46,008 bases of DNA, from NCBI RefSeq assembly GCF_006345805.1, contig NW_021834684.1, positions 1 to 46,008 on the forward strand, in the 5' to 3' direction. Below are positions 11,726-25,718 of this stretch, one piece after another; the stretch's first letter is position 1, and each line of letters starts with the position of its first letter. The DNA comes from Octopus sinensis. Taxonomy: Eukaryota. The notes below the pieces were generated by a model. It was not told the DNA's origin and ran no database searches. It worked only from the letters and a program-made list of their open reading frames with translations. The translations under genes and the position numbers were made by a program.

Positions 11726-12986
11726 TCAATTTCTTATGTCTTCGCTAAAAGGCGGAGGTGGGTCCGCCTCTTTTTCTTTTTCTCGGGCTCGTGGAGTCGT
11801 TTTAATTAAGCCAACATCACTCCGATGGTCATTTGCTAGAACGTTGTAAGACGTTCTGTCTACGTGGTAGACTTCGAAACCGTCTTTAACGTTTTTGCAT
11901 CCAGTTCTTTTTAGTTTTTTAATTTCTATTTGGCTCATTAATCTCGAGTTTGAGGTTCGAACCGCCATATATAGAACTTCTTTTTCTCGTATTTCTTTTG
12001 TTTTTGATTTTTTGGCTTTTTCATGCCTTCTTTGAGTTTGCATTTTTGCCAATGATTTAACATTTCCCTTTAATTTCCTTTTGCTACCAGCTCTCTTCCA
12101 TTCCGTCTCTTCTTTATTTCCGCTCTCATTTTCTTCTTCTGCGCTTTCTTCTTCTGTTTTCCCATTCTCTGTAGTTTCCTCTTCCGAGTCTTCTTCAATG
12201 TTGTTCTCTTTTTCTTTTTCTTCACCACTCTTGCATTCGGACCTAACATGGCCCTTCTTTCCACATTTAAAACATCTGGGTTTTCTACATTCCACCATTA
12301 CTACTAACTTCGTACCCATTATATCTATGACCTCTGGAATTTTTTCTAGGGTCATAGGCTCTGCTTGGATCAGCATTTTAATTGTTTGGCCAAGCCAGAC
12401 TTTGTCTTCTGTTACTTCCGCAGAAAGCAGTGTGATTTCTTCCTCTAGGTCATACAGCACTGCCGCTACTAGCCATTCGGCGTCCGCCTCCGGTGGTACA
12501 CAGCTTATCTTTATTCGGGAGGTTCTCCTCCCCATATAAAATGGCAACAGTACTACCTCATCCGTTCGCAGCGGCTCCACAGAATACTTTTGCGCCTGTT
12601 CCACTGTTGACATCCTCACTTCAACAGTTGCATATCTTTTTCCTCTGGCCAAATATGTGATGTTATTCCAAATTGGCCTTAAATATTTTTCTACACTTCT
12701 GTCATTGACATTTCTTTTCAACATTATATGTTTTGAAAATTACAGTCCTTTCGAGTGCATCTTTAATTATGCTATGAGGAGGGACCACCTTTATTTCGGT
12801 CCCTTCTTTTGTTAACAGCTCTCGGTTTGCCTTCAAATTGGTTGTATCAATTTTCCTTGAGTTTCCTCCGGCGGCAGCCGCAAAGCTCCTTATTGGCTCT
12901 TCTAATATCCTTCTGCTCACTACAGAATCCTTACTGATACTTGGCACTGGAGATACACTCTCCCTACGCGCGACAGTACCTTCCAT
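11726..12986 (-). pseudogene. Tx1-like ORF1 (gag-like, zinc knuckle), one frameshift near 12710
   Basis: ORFs 12702-12986 and 11726-12724; CFKCGKKGHVRSEC followed by acidic and basic tracts. Confidence 0.8.
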
Positions 12987-13169
12987 TGTGTAAAAACACT
13001 AATAAAGAAAGTAAAACGTTTCCCCGCAAGGGGGAATTAAAACAAATTTTGCTTCAAAACAAGCAATAAATAGTCCCTTTTTTCAAATTATAATAATCGA
13101 ATTTAACTGTAACAGACATAAAATTTTAACATTGTACACTGCATAATAAGCGACATTATTAAGAAACAT

Positions 13170-13700
13170 GCGTCTCCATCCGACTTCGATAGGAAAATGT
13201 TCCACTTTCCAGCCTGCGTCTTCACATTCCTCAAGGTTTTCATAACGGTTCAATTTTCGAGCCCGAGCGGCGTCCATATTATCTTCATGAGGAACTGTTA
13301 GCTCGACTATATTTACAACTTTCTTTCACACCACATCAAAATATCTGTGTTTTTCGAAACTGGGATAGGAAAGAAAACCTGGCACCCAGGTAAATCTGCA
13401 GTTACCTCCCAATAGCCGTTCCACTTTTCATTTTTCTCAGGAAGTTTCTTGATCTTCTTGAAACGGATCCGCTGACCTGGTCGCACGATGGTAATGAAAT
13501 CTCTTGATGGTACTTTTAACGGTTTTTCCTCAGTGTTGATGAGGTGAATTTGGTTCTTTATAGCATTGAAGATAACCTTAAGGACCAAGTTGTACCTCCA
13601 TGTGTACCTGTTCAATGCTAATGAACAGTTGGAAAGAATACGTGTTAGTGTACCGACCTTTCTACATTTGCAGATGTCAATCTCTAAGACGTTCCATCTT
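13170..13700 (-). mobile_element. HERO-like fragment: CCHC-type finger plus restriction-like endonuclease
   Basis: CKCRKVGTL.RILSNCSLALNRYTWRYN.VL...DI...VELTVPHEDN...RKL.RY..L...GWKVEHFPIEVG. Confidence 0.8.
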
Positions 13701-14220
13701 TGAAACAGGTGATATGGGAAAGTGCAACATTGACAGCAAAACATTTGTAGAGTAAATGCAGGGCTAATTCGACTAAGCAACATGCTATGCGTCCGTTTGG
13801 AGTGTTTCAGGCACTAACCTGTCATGCAAAATTGAATGTGGGGTTTGTGTGTTTTTTGAACGCACCGAAAAGCTGTCAGTGGATATACTCTCCTTTGCTG
13901 CAGTGTGCGCTGTGTCTAACACGACCCATCATCGGAAATTTTGACACCTCACGTCGGGTTTTTTGTCCTACATTGGAGGAACTGTGGTTGTTCGTTCGCG
14001 GGTACCAGAGAGCCAATGAGGGTATAGACTTGCCCTTGAACTTTGACGTCGGCGTAAATTCATTTTTATCTATCTTCTTAGATTCACCAAACGATGTCAT
14101 TTGAAATGCAGAGTTGTATTGTCTGATATTGTTCAGAAAATCCTTTGACTGGATTGAAGTGCATTCTAGAAGATTCCTATGGGGTTGAGATGGTAGTGTT
14201 GGCAATGATACCTGTCCGAA
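13701..14220 (-). mobile_element. Helitron Rep/helicase N-terminal fragment
   Basis: FLNNIRQYNSAFQMTSFG Helitron motif; paralogous to ~35740-36280. Confidence 0.75.
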
Positions 14221-14312
14221 AATGTTGTCATCTATTGCATTGTTTTAAGTTCTAAACGATAATAAATACCCTGAAGTTCTATTTATATGATGCTATTTCT
14301 ATTTTTTCACAG

Positions 14313-14364
14313 AACCGTTTCATCTCCAAGAAATCTCTCGACGATAAACCTGATGACACACCAA
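14313..14364 (+). CDS. Copy 1 exon 2a (NRFISKKSLDDKPDDTP; phase 0-1)
   Basis: ttttttcacag acceptor and A|gtaag donor; 52 nt; same translation as 36374-36425; phases fit exons 1 and 3. Confidence 0.75.
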
Positions 14365-14569
14365 GTAAGAACTAATTTTATAGCTAAAGTCATTGACCCG
14401 TGTCTCCTTAAGTCATGGTTTATAATTTCACCAACTTTGAATTAGTTCCACATTACTATCCACATGTCCACAATAGTATATACTAAGACACTTGCCTGAA
14501 GTTATTTCGAAATATATTCTACTTTACAATAATTCCCTTAATAAAATCTTACTCTAATATACAATGCCA

Positions 14570-16190
14570 TTTATTGTGTATATGAGTATATATGCGGTGC
14601 TATACATGTCGTCTACAAATAACAGTCGACCGATCACGTAGAGATGAATTGGGATACCTCTACCACAATGGCTGAGCATATTCAACCAGATCACAAAAAA
14701 GAATGTGAGAAGGGGCACTAACAATGCACACTTCAACTAAGTGAAACCTTCAAGTTGAAAAATTTCGACTTTTACATAAATACAAACATTTCAACCTCCA
14801 TATGGCAACCAGTATTTGCCCATTAAACTCACCTTCCTGGTAAACCATCCACAACATTTCCCAGGACACATGATCGTGTGCCTTTTCGTGGTTTACAGCG
14901 TCTAAACCTTGGAAATGCATCAAATTTTGCTGGAAGATCTATCTTTGAACGACTATCTGGTCAGGTGTACCGCGTGTCGGACGGTAATCTTGGGCGCGAC
15001 AATTTCCCTACATATCTTTTCCTGACATCAAGTGTAGACTTTTCTATAATTAGAACACACTCTTTGATCTTTGTTTGAAAAAATTGTGATTGTCACTCCA
15101 TATTACCATTGCCTTGGTGTTTTTTCCAGAGGTCCCATCCACCTAGCATACATGGGTCACTCAGAGAATACCATCTGTATTTAAGGTTTCTAAAATATCA
15201 AGCCGAACGTGCTTATCACCAGCAGCTTTATCACTTTTAAGTGATTTTAGCTCAAATAAGCGTTCAACCGAAGAAGAAACTGCTGAATAAAATAATACAA
15301 TCACGAATTCATTTCGAGGTCCAACTTCATTCAGGCGGGTCACTCTCAATTTGGATGCAAAAGTCTCCACATTTTTGTTTCTGATCCCAGCATCCACTGC
15401 GGCTTCCAACTGTATTCTGTAAGTCGAATTGGACTTACCAATTTCAAGTGTTCGGTAAACTGTAGGAATTTTCAGGGTTTTAGACATTTAGGTAGTGACG
15501 AGTTGATAACTCCACCCTTCCTCTTACACAAACGTTCAGCAAAGAGTGAAAGAGGACCGAACTCAATCAGAAACCTCTGTCACCAAGTATTTCTATGCCA
15601 GACACCCTTATAAATATCCCTGTCTTAAAATAATATCTATACCATAGAGTGGAGAGTGTGTATCCTGCACAGAAGGCTGCTATGATCTCTCCATTAAGTT
15701 CACTGACGACATTCCTTCCAATCAATCCTTCTCACGGTTATCAGTACCAAGGTGTGCACTGAAGTCTCCTTGCGGGACAAATGACTTTACCCGAAATATA
15801 TCTAAAGCTGAGGTGAATTTGCTTAGGAAGGATTTGTATTTGACCTCGGTGTTTGCTGCATATACTTACAGCAGCCACAGTGGTCCTTCATATTCAGCCC
15901 TAGCTTCAAGAAGCGAACCCTCACACGTAGTAGGTTTCACTCAATAATACAATCGGAAAGCTGGGGATTGAGAGTATCCTAATCCCACCTGTGCAGACAT
16001 TGCTGGCACCACAGTTGCGTAGTGGAGATTCAAGCCTATATCCAAGAGTACGCTATCGGAGAAAGGAAATTTTGTAGAGGAGACACCGATTATATCTTAC
16101 AGGCAGATTATATCTAACAACTTTGACGTTTTAATTCTCAATTATTAAAGGTTGTTCCCTTCTTGATCTGCTTTGTCGTCCTGAGACCGT
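14570..16190 (-). mobile_element. Highly degenerate CR1/L2-like LINE relic in intron 2 (A-type version)
   Basis: Weak RT-like translation (YRTLEIGKS..RIQLEAAV); homologous to 23310-25330 and 36600-38800. Confidence 0.5.
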
Positions 16191-16205
16191 CAATATTGTG
16201 CTCTC

Positions 16206-16260
16206 ATCAAAAACGGTAAGTCATGGATTTTGTGTTAAAATATGTATGTCTGTATGCATG
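16206..16260 (+). pseudogene. Remnant of the exon 1 3' end, donor site and intron 1 start
   Basis: atcaaaaacg|gtaagtcatggattttgtgtt matches the exon 1/intron 1 boundary; upstream exon 1 sequence is absent. Confidence 0.75.
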
Positions 16261-16269
16261 TATTTATTT

Positions 16270-16503
16270 AGGTATGTATGTGTGCGTGTGTGTAAATATG
16301 TGTGTATGTATTATGTATGTGTGCGTGTGTGTAAATATGTGTGCATGTATTATGTATGTATGCGTGTGTGTAAAAATGTGTGTATGTATTATGCATGTGT
16401 GCGTGTGTGTAAATATGTGTGTATGTATTATGTATGTGTGCGTGTGTGTAAATATGTGTGTATGTATTATGTATGTGTGCGTGTGTGTAAATATGTGTGT
16501 ATG
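16270..16503. repeat. 39-bp minisatellite, ~6 copies
   Basis: tatgtatgtgtgcgtgtgtgtaaatatgtgtgtatgtat repeated (13-aa periodicity in the ORF track). Confidence 0.85.
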
Positions 16504-16539
16504 GATTGATAGATTTGCGGATAGACACACAGGCAGAGA

Positions 16540-17470
<931 letters not shown>

Positions 17471-17859
17471 ATGCAAGATAAGAAAGTTTATTTTCGGCAC
17501 TTGATGCTTTGGGAACCAGACAAAAATTGCTGCAGCTCGGCTGGCATGTGTTACTCCATCCCTCCATATTCACCAGATATTGCACCTTCGGATTTCCACT
17601 TATTCAGGTCTCTGCAGAATAGTCTCAATGGTAAAAATTTCAATTCCTTGAATGACGTAAAAAGATACCTCGATGAATTCTTTGCCATGAAACCACCTCA
17701 ATTCTGAAAAGAGGGTATTTTTAAGTTAAAGGAAAGATGGAGAAGCATAGTGCAACAAAATGGTTCATATTTGGTTGATTAAAAATGCAATGGCAAGTAT
17801 TTATTGACCCTTTAGTTTCCTTTAAAAATCGGCACGAACTTTCCAGGCAACCCAAAATA
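17471..17859 (+). mobile_element. Internally deleted mariner transposon with 3' TIR
   Basis: MQDKKVYFRHLML start joined to the PPYSPDIAPSDFHLFRSLQNSL catalytic end; ggcacgaactttccaggcaacccaa TIR-like end. Confidence 0.85.
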
Positions 17860-17908
17860 AATACATATAAATATATGTATATATGTATAATATATATATA
17901 TATATATA

Positions 17909-18345
17909 TATCTCTTATTATAAAAGGCAGATTTTATCTGCCTCCCTTTGGGAGTTATAGAAATCTACAATATAGAATTTCTTCAATTACAATTTACCTA
18001 GCATTCTTAAGAGTACAATGCATCGCGTCATGCCAGGTCCAGAATTTAAAATTTAAACTCCAATTAAGCAAAATTTACAGAAAACTCACATTCTGGTGTG
18101 TGTGTCAAATGCTTTTCTTAGTCTGGTTTACACCACACGCAAACACACACACACAGTGTGCAACGAATAAAATGAAAGTAAATAGCGACAGAGTGATTTG
18201 AGGAAGACTAAACTGAAAGTATTCTGTCTATGACGCTGATAGATACATGAGTAAAATGTATGGGAAGCTAAGAGCTAAGAGTGAGTGAAAATGTTCTTGG
18301 AAGAGAGTAAATAGCGAGAGAGAGAGTGATTTGAGGAAGACTTTA
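17909..18345 (+). mobile_element. Probable non-autonomous Helitron 5' fragment
   Basis: a|tc...tataaaaggcagattttatctgcc start with a short inverted repeat, inserted in (AT)n. Confidence 0.4.
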
Positions 18346-18739
18346 CATTAAATAACCGTAGTGGCTTGTGTTAGTAATAAAGTAAACATACACTCATACA
18401 TACATACATACATACATACATACATACATACATACATACACACACACATACACACACATACATACACACACATACATACATACACACATACATACATACA
18501 TACATATACATACATACATGCATATACATACATACATACACACACACATACACACACACAGTATTGAAGCTTGAGAACAATCAGATACGTTTGCAACACA
18601 TCTGTTGAAAATATTATTGTTCACACACATACATATACATATATACATACAGACAGACAGACAGATAGACACACACACACACACACACACACATGATCCA
18701 GCATGGCCACAACCTCAATGCTGAAACATATAAAAGAAT

Positions 18740-19110
18740 AACAGAATATAAATGTGTGCAAAGTACAAGATATATTAATGCAGTATATGGGGATTGGACA
18801 ATAAGCGTAAGGCAGTGTCAATGGTGGTTCCAGAAATCCCGAGCCATAAACTACAGCCTAGAAGACGAGCCTCATCCTGAAAGATCTGTAGAACTCGACA
18901 AGGACATCCTGAAAACCCTGGTGGAACAACATCTCATCGTAACTGTTGAGGAACTAGCAGAGAAGCTTGGATTTGGTCATTCAACCATTCATTGAGACCT
19001 GTGTGCTATCGGAAAAGTCAGCAAATTGGGTCAATTGGTTCCTCACGAACTTTCCAAGTCTAATTGCATGCAGAGACTGAATGTATGCTTTTCTTTGCTG
19101 TCACATCTCA
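18740..19110 (+). mobile_element. Mariner transposase N-terminal (HTH) fragment
   Basis: INAVYGD..ISVRQCQWWFQK...SLEDEP...TVEELAEKLG...KLGQLVPHEL linker motif. Confidence 0.85.
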
Positions 19111-19129
19111 CCACTACTGCGCTATGTAT

Positions 19130-19440
19130 ATCTATATATATAAAACTGTAGTTGTGTGAGTATCTGTCCCCTTCGATTTAGATTCCTAACTACTCCCACA
19201 TTTTGCGGTGCAGTTCAATTAGACTTTACCTATGATTTTTCAAAGTACTTCCATTGCGTCATGCCATAAAAAATTTCTTTCAATTTCACCCCCAATTAAG
19301 ACAAAATTCGAGAAAACTCAATATTTTAACATTTCACTTGGAAGCCTTTACTCTGCCTATTACTCCAACTTCCTCTTTAGACACATAGACACGCTAATAT
19401 ATACGACAGTGTCAATTGTTGACAGACATTGTAAGCTAAC
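19130..19440 (+). mobile_element. Helitron 5' end, same family as 21253
   Basis: tctatatatataaaa...cgatttagattcctaactactcccacattttgcg shared with ~21253-21330. Confidence 0.65.
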
Positions 19441-19805
19441 GTGTGTGTGTGTGTGTGTGTGTGTTGTGTGTGTGTGGTGTGTGTGCGTGTGTGGTCTGTG
19501 TGTGTGGTGTGTGTGTGTGCGTGTGTTCTGTCTGTGTGTGTGTGTGTGTGTGGTGCGTGGTGTGAAGTGCGCGTGTGTGTATGTGTGTGTGTGACAGTGA
19601 TGACCCATTCAGACTGGTCATCCTTTTTGCTAGAAGATCACCTAAGCTACACCACTGGTTTTCAGTTCATATTAATCAAATAATATTCACAAGAAGAAGG
19701 GCTATTCATTATAATACATCAGTTCCATCGGACAACTGCACAAACATTTGCCATTTTACACATGTATGTAACAAATTCCTTTCTTAAATTCATTTTCTTT
19801 TTCAA

Positions 19806-21252
19806 TTCATACAAAGTTATTTAGGACGAATATACATCTAAAGTTATCTCTAAGAAGCAGAAAGATCGCCCAAAAGTGTATATAGATATTTAAATGTATT
19901 TATATATTCATCTATGCACACATGTATGTATAACGTGTGTGTATATATTCCAAAGAGGTAACCATTCACTCCGCACAAAGTTTTTTAGGACGAAAATAAC
20001 ATCTAAAGTTATCTCTAAGTAGCAGTCGCCCAAATGTGTTATAGACACAACATGTATGTATAATGTGTGTGTATGTATTTCCATAGAGGTAACCATTCAC
20101 TCCATACAAAGTTATTTAGGACGAATATAACATCTAAAGTTATCTCTAAGAAACAGAAAGATCGCCCAAAAGTTAATAGATATTTAAATGTATTTATATA
20201 TTCATCTATACACACATGTATGTATAATGTGTGTGTATATATTTCCATAGAGGTAACCATTCACCCCGCACAAAGTTTTTTAGGACGAAAATAACATCTA
20301 AAGTTATCTCTAAGAAGCAGAAAGATCGCCCAAAAGTGTATATAGATATTTAAATGTATTTATATATTTATCTATGCACACATGTATGTATAACGTGTGT
20401 GTATATATTTCCATAGAGGTAACCATTCACTCCATACAAAGTTATTTAGGACGAATATAACATCTAAAGTTATCTCTAAGAAGCAGAAAGATCGCCCAAA
20501 AGTGTATATAGATATTTAAATGTATTTATATATTCATCTATGCACACATGTATGTATAACGTGTGTGTATATATTTCCAAAGAGGTAACCATTCACTCCG
20601 CACAAAGTTTTTTAGGACGAAAATAACATCTAAAGTTATCTCTAAGTAGCAGTCGCCCAAATGTGTTTATAGACACACACATGTATGTATAATGTGTGTG
20701 TATGTATTTCCATAGAGGTAACCATTCACTCCATACAAAGTTATTTAGGACGAATATAACATCTAAAGTTATCTCTAAGAAACAGAAAGATCGCCCAAAA
20801 GTTTATATAGATATTTAAATGTATTTATATATTCATCTATACACACATGTATGTATAATGTGTGTGTATATATTTCCATAGAGGTAACCATTCACCCCGC
20901 ACAAAGTTTTTTAGGACGAAAATAACATCTAAAGTTATCTCTAAGAAGCAGAAAGATCGCCCAAAAGTGTATATAGATATTTAAATGTATTTATATATTT
21001 ATCTATGCACACATGTATGTATAACGTGTGTGTATATATTTCCATAGAGGTAACCATTCACTCCATACAAAGTTTTTTAGGACGAAAATAAGATCTAAAG
21101 TTATCTCTAAGAAGCAGAAAGATCGTCCAAAAGTGTATATATATATTTAAAGGTATTTATATATTCATCTATACACACATGTATGTATAATGTGTGTGTA
21201 TATATTCCATAGAGGTAACCATTCACTCCATACAAAGTTTTTAGGACGAAAA
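19806..21252. repeat. ~165-bp tandem repeat, ~9 units, with 4-unit higher-order structure
   Basis: ggacgaa anchors at 19824, 19988, 20119, 20283, 20449, 20615, 20748, 20914, 21080 and 21244. Confidence 0.95.
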
Positions 21253-22094
21253 TCTTTATATATAAAAGAAAGGTTGTGTGTCTGTCTACTCCGATTTAGA
21301 TTCCTAACTACTCCCACATTTTGCGATGCAGTTTAACCAAAACCGAGTATCTTATAGTCGTGATTCATATCGAGCCCTTCTGGGTATTAGCGCGCGTCTA
21401 CGATGAGTCTACGATTTTACAAATAATTTACCATCATTTTTTCCCATTTTAATGCATTTTTTTTAAATAAAGGGAAGTAACTCTCAAACTTCACACCAAT
21501 ATGCGTGCTCATATGCGACGTAATATCACATCAGCAGCATTTCCTCACACCCTCATTGCACTTGGCGAAGGCAAAATACCAGGAGATGAAAATGGTAATA
21601 TTGCCATCGATTCCATTTGTACCATTGTTAAGACGCCTTCTGATCTCAGAGATGCAGTGTTCCAAGATCTACAAGCTAATTATCAGAATATGGATTGGAT
21701 TGGCAAAAAGGCTATACTGGCCCCAAGGAATAAAACTGTTCACCATATTAATGATGAATGCTAAACTCATTCCTGGGGAAGTCTATGTATATCAGTCTAT
21801 CGATACAAACCTGACCCAGAGGACGTCATCAACTATCCAATAGAGGTACTCAATTCCTTTGAGCACCCCGGACTACCACCACACATTCTCAAACTTAAAG
21901 TTGGTGCCCCTATAATGCTCATCAGAATTTGGTTCACCCAAAACAATGCAATGGCACACGTTTGATCGTTAAATCCTTATCTCCCAGCGTAAACTTATAT
22001 CAATATTTGCCTGAATAATCATCATCATTCAGTGCAATCATTAACAGTACTTTCAAGTAATTCAGCCCCGAGCAACGCCGGGCAATTCTGCTAG
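21253..22094 (+). mobile_element. Complete non-autonomous Helitron carrying a PIF1-like helicase fragment
   Basis: A|TC 5' end; subterminal cccg...cggg hairpin (22065-22083); CTAG|T 3' end; AILAPRN and PPHILKLKVGAPIML...CNGTRL motifs. Confidence 0.9.
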
Positions 22095-22931
22095 TATATA
22101 TATAAACACGCACACACAAACATATGTATATATATATGTATAAACATATATATATATATATAAATTTTTATCCACTTACATATATACATCTACATATACA
22201 CACTATATTTAAGGAGTAAATAACCAGTTTATATAGCACCCGTGTACAAAATATCTAATCCTCATCCCTTTCGTATGCAGTCAATTTATAACCTACTATA
22301 TATGTTCCCTAACATTTTTCTTACAAACTTTTGTGATATTCCATTGAATGCCAAATAATATATCGACCTTCGAGCTTCAATTCGGAATATTATTCACCAG
22401 TGCTAGAAATGCCTGACTCTTCAGTGATCATGATGGATATCTATACTAAACAATATCAAGGCAATAGAGCTTTTGCATCAATTCAAACTACTTCTAAATA
22501 TTGCATCCTATTGCCTTGACAAATTCTCCTAAGGACGCAGTGGAAAAGTCCTACTGCGGATTAGGACGCCGTACATGAAAGGTTGGCGTCGGGCTTTCTT
22601 GTACGTCAGCAGAATGCGCAAGTCTACGTTTCTAGTAATCTTCAAACTACCAGCGATTTTAGATAGCAAAATTAGTCTACTCTTGACAATGAACAGGGAT
22701 ATTAGCTGTTTATGTAATGTGTATGCTTTGCCATATACAAGTATGAAATAATGAAATACCAGATTCACAGAAAGGCATGCAGTTCCAGCAAACCTCCAAG
22801 ATGTACCACGATATAATAGATTTGGTAGAATGGACAATGTCGACATCACCCACATCTTCATAAAATGTTGTCATATATTGCATTCTTTTTTCAGTTCTAA
22901 ACGATAATAAATACTTTCTCTTTTTCCACAG

Positions 22932-22965
22932 AAATCTTGCGACGATAAACCTGATGACACCCCAA
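22932..22965 (+). CDS. Copy 1 exon 2b (KSCDDKPDDTP; phase 0-1), paralogue of exon 2a
   Basis: tttttccacag acceptor and A|gtaag donor; 34 nt; homologous to exon 2a minus 18 nt. Confidence 0.65.
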
Positions 22966-23267
22966 GTAAGAACTAATTTTATATTGTATAAGACAATAAC
23001 TTTGAAGAAATGTTCAGGAATGAGATTAAATATTATAAAGTATCCAGCTTCCAGTTCTACAGTGTTTAGCTAAAGTCATTCACCCGTGTCTCCTTAACGA
23101 TTTATAATTTCACCAAAGTTGAATTGAATCTACATCACTATCCATATTTCTTCAGTAATATATACTAAGACACTAGTCTAAATTTCTTTTGAAATACATT
23201 TTTCTTTACAATTATTTCCTTAATAAAATGTTACTCTGTTATACTATGACATTAATTGTGTGTATAT

Positions 23268-23309
<42 letters not shown>

Positions 23310-23313
<4 letters not shown>

Positions 23314-25330
23314 CGCTTCGTCGATAAGTGTACCAACCATTGTTCGTCTGAGAATCGAATGCCCGACCTAGAGCATAAATGCGTTTATATCTAGAATTTG
23401 GCAATCTGTTCAGTCTTGTGCTTCCAATCACTCGTGAATAGATTCCCGAAGTAACGATGTTCCACTTTCCTGCAGAGTGTGTGTTAGTCATCCCTGCCTT
23501 GGAGCACTCGGCAGCCAACCCATTCAATGCATGTCAAAAGTGAACATGACATGAGTCAGATAGCTGCATGTCGTCTGCAAATAGCAGTCGACCGATCCCT
23601 TACAGACGAAATGAGATACTTCTACTAAAATGGCTGAGCCATGCTCACCCAGACCATAAGAAATGTGAGAAGAAGCACTAACAATGCGCTCTTCTATCGA
23701 AGTCCAAACTCCATGTTGAAAACATTCGACTTTTGCACAAATACAAACATTTGGACATCCGTACGAGTATTTTACGGTAAAAAGTATTTGCCCAATAATC
23801 TCACCTTCCTGGTAAACCATCCGCAACATGCCCCACGGCACGTGGTCTACAGCGTATTCCCCTTGGAAATATTTCAACGTTTTCTCGAAGATCTGCTTTG
23901 AACGAATATCTGGTCGGGTGTACCCTATCCAGGACAGTAATCTTGGGCGCGACCACTTCTCTACGTAATATTTCTAGACATGTAGTGTAGACTTTGTCTT
24001 AAAAAAATCCGTGATTATTACCCCGGATTGACATTGCCTTCGTGTTTTCCCTGATGCCCCATTCCACCTAGAATACATGGGTCACTCAGAGAATACCCTT
24101 AGTATTTAAGGGTTTTAAATTATCAAGACGAACGTATTTCTCTCCAGCAGCTTTATCACTTTTCAGTGATTTAGTTCGAAAAAAATGATACAATCACCAA
24201 TCGATTTCGATGCCCAAGTTTATTCATGTGTGTCTCTCTCAATTTGGATGCAATATTATCCACAATTTTGTTTCTTATTCCATCATCCACAACTCCTTTC
24301 AACTTTATTCTGTAGGTCGCATTGAACTTACCAAGTTACTAGGTTCTCCCAACTGTAGGCATCTTCCGGTTTCAGACATCTTGGTAGTGGTCAGTTGACA
24401 ACTCTCTCCACTCCTTTTACCCGAACGTCCAGCACAGGCTCAAAGAGGACTGAGACGACAACAACATCTATCAAGAATTTCTGTCACTAAGCATTTCTAT
24501 TCCAAGTACCCTTATAAACAACCCTGTCTTAAAACGATATCTATACCGTAGAGAGTCCGTTTCCTGCCAGAAGACTAGTATGGCCACCCCATTAAGGTGT
24601 GTGACGCCATTCCACCCAATCAATACTTCTTGCGGTTATCAGCGCCAAAGTGTGCACGGAAGTCTCCTTGTAAGACAAATGTCTTTACCCCAAATATATC
24701 CAAAGCTGCAGTGACTTTGTTAAGGAAGAATTTGTATTTGCCCTCGCTATTGGGTGCATTTACTACCAGCAGCTACACCACTCCTTCATTCTGCTTTAGC
24801 TTCAGGAGATATCCCTTAATACCTAGTGGGATTCACTCCATAATCCAATCCGAAAGCCAGGGATTGTGAGCATCCCACTTCCGCCTGTGCTGACATAGTT
24901 GGTGGCACACCTGCACGGTGGAGTTTCCAACCTAATTCCAAGTGTTCGCCTCCGAAGCAATGAAGCTTTCTTGAAAAAACTGATTATATATAACAGGCAA
25001 CGTTTTGTCTCGTCCGGTTTTGACAGTCAAATTCTCAATTATAAATGTTTGATCCCTTCTGGACCGGCTTCGGGGTCCTGGAACACGCATATTTTGTACT
25101 CCCTTCACATGCATCCCAGATTAAGATGAGTGGAGACGGCAATATATTTCCCGAATGGACTCCTCCACTCAAGATCCGGACGCAAATACTGTTATCCCTC
25201 TCGATGGATGACGCGGTATGGCTATTCCTTCGAGCCCTTTCCATATTGTTGCTATGATGGCCTGATTCGCGCAAAACACAAAGCTGATATTTGTAATTGA
25301 CCAATCAGGTGCCAAGAATTGATAATATGG
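23310..25330 (-). mobile_element. Degenerate CR1/L2-like LINE relic (B-type version)
   Basis: VYQEGEIIGQILFTV resembles the PQGSxxGPxLF RT motif; collinear with the other intron-2 copies. Confidence 0.5.
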
Positions 25331-25718
25331 CCTACATATCTAAAAAAGAAGAACTTTATCATCATTATGGTCACAAATATATATATATACTCACATACAA
25401 GTTCAACTACAAAACAAACATCCGTTCTTAAGGGAGCCAAATACACATTCTGATATTCTGAGATTAATCTCTCAATTCGTTGACATCAACGTCAACAACA
25501 GGCTCAATAGACAAATGACTAATTTTCTTCGTTTAAAATTTATTCTTTGCGAATCATTTACTTCTTTCATTCTGATTTTCATTCATTCACTCATTCTTTT
25601 TCTCTTAAATTCTAAATTTCTCTCCTCTCTATCAATTCCTTCCAAGCCAACAACTTCCTTTGTATAGGATTCAAGAATTCTTTCTTTTAAACTACATTGT
25701 TTCATTTTAATTTCACAG

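Larger units (their letters stand above)
8109..13075 (-). mobile_element. Near full-length decayed Tx1/L1-clade LINE
   Basis: ORF1 with CCHC knuckle; ORF2 from ATG 11715 (MAVHVGCLNVCGL, APE), FRPITLLN, QGCPLSPLLY, AYADD, CPRC...HAIVQC; AATAAA at the 3' end (~8110). Confidence 0.9.

Noticed and set aside
19806-21252. Regular repeat as a CRISPR array
   Set aside because: Whole units repeat with no unique spacers; no cas genes; eukaryotic context.
22529-22861. 110-aa minus-strand ORF as a nested gene
   Set aside because: No recognisable domain or splice context; probably decayed repeat sequence.
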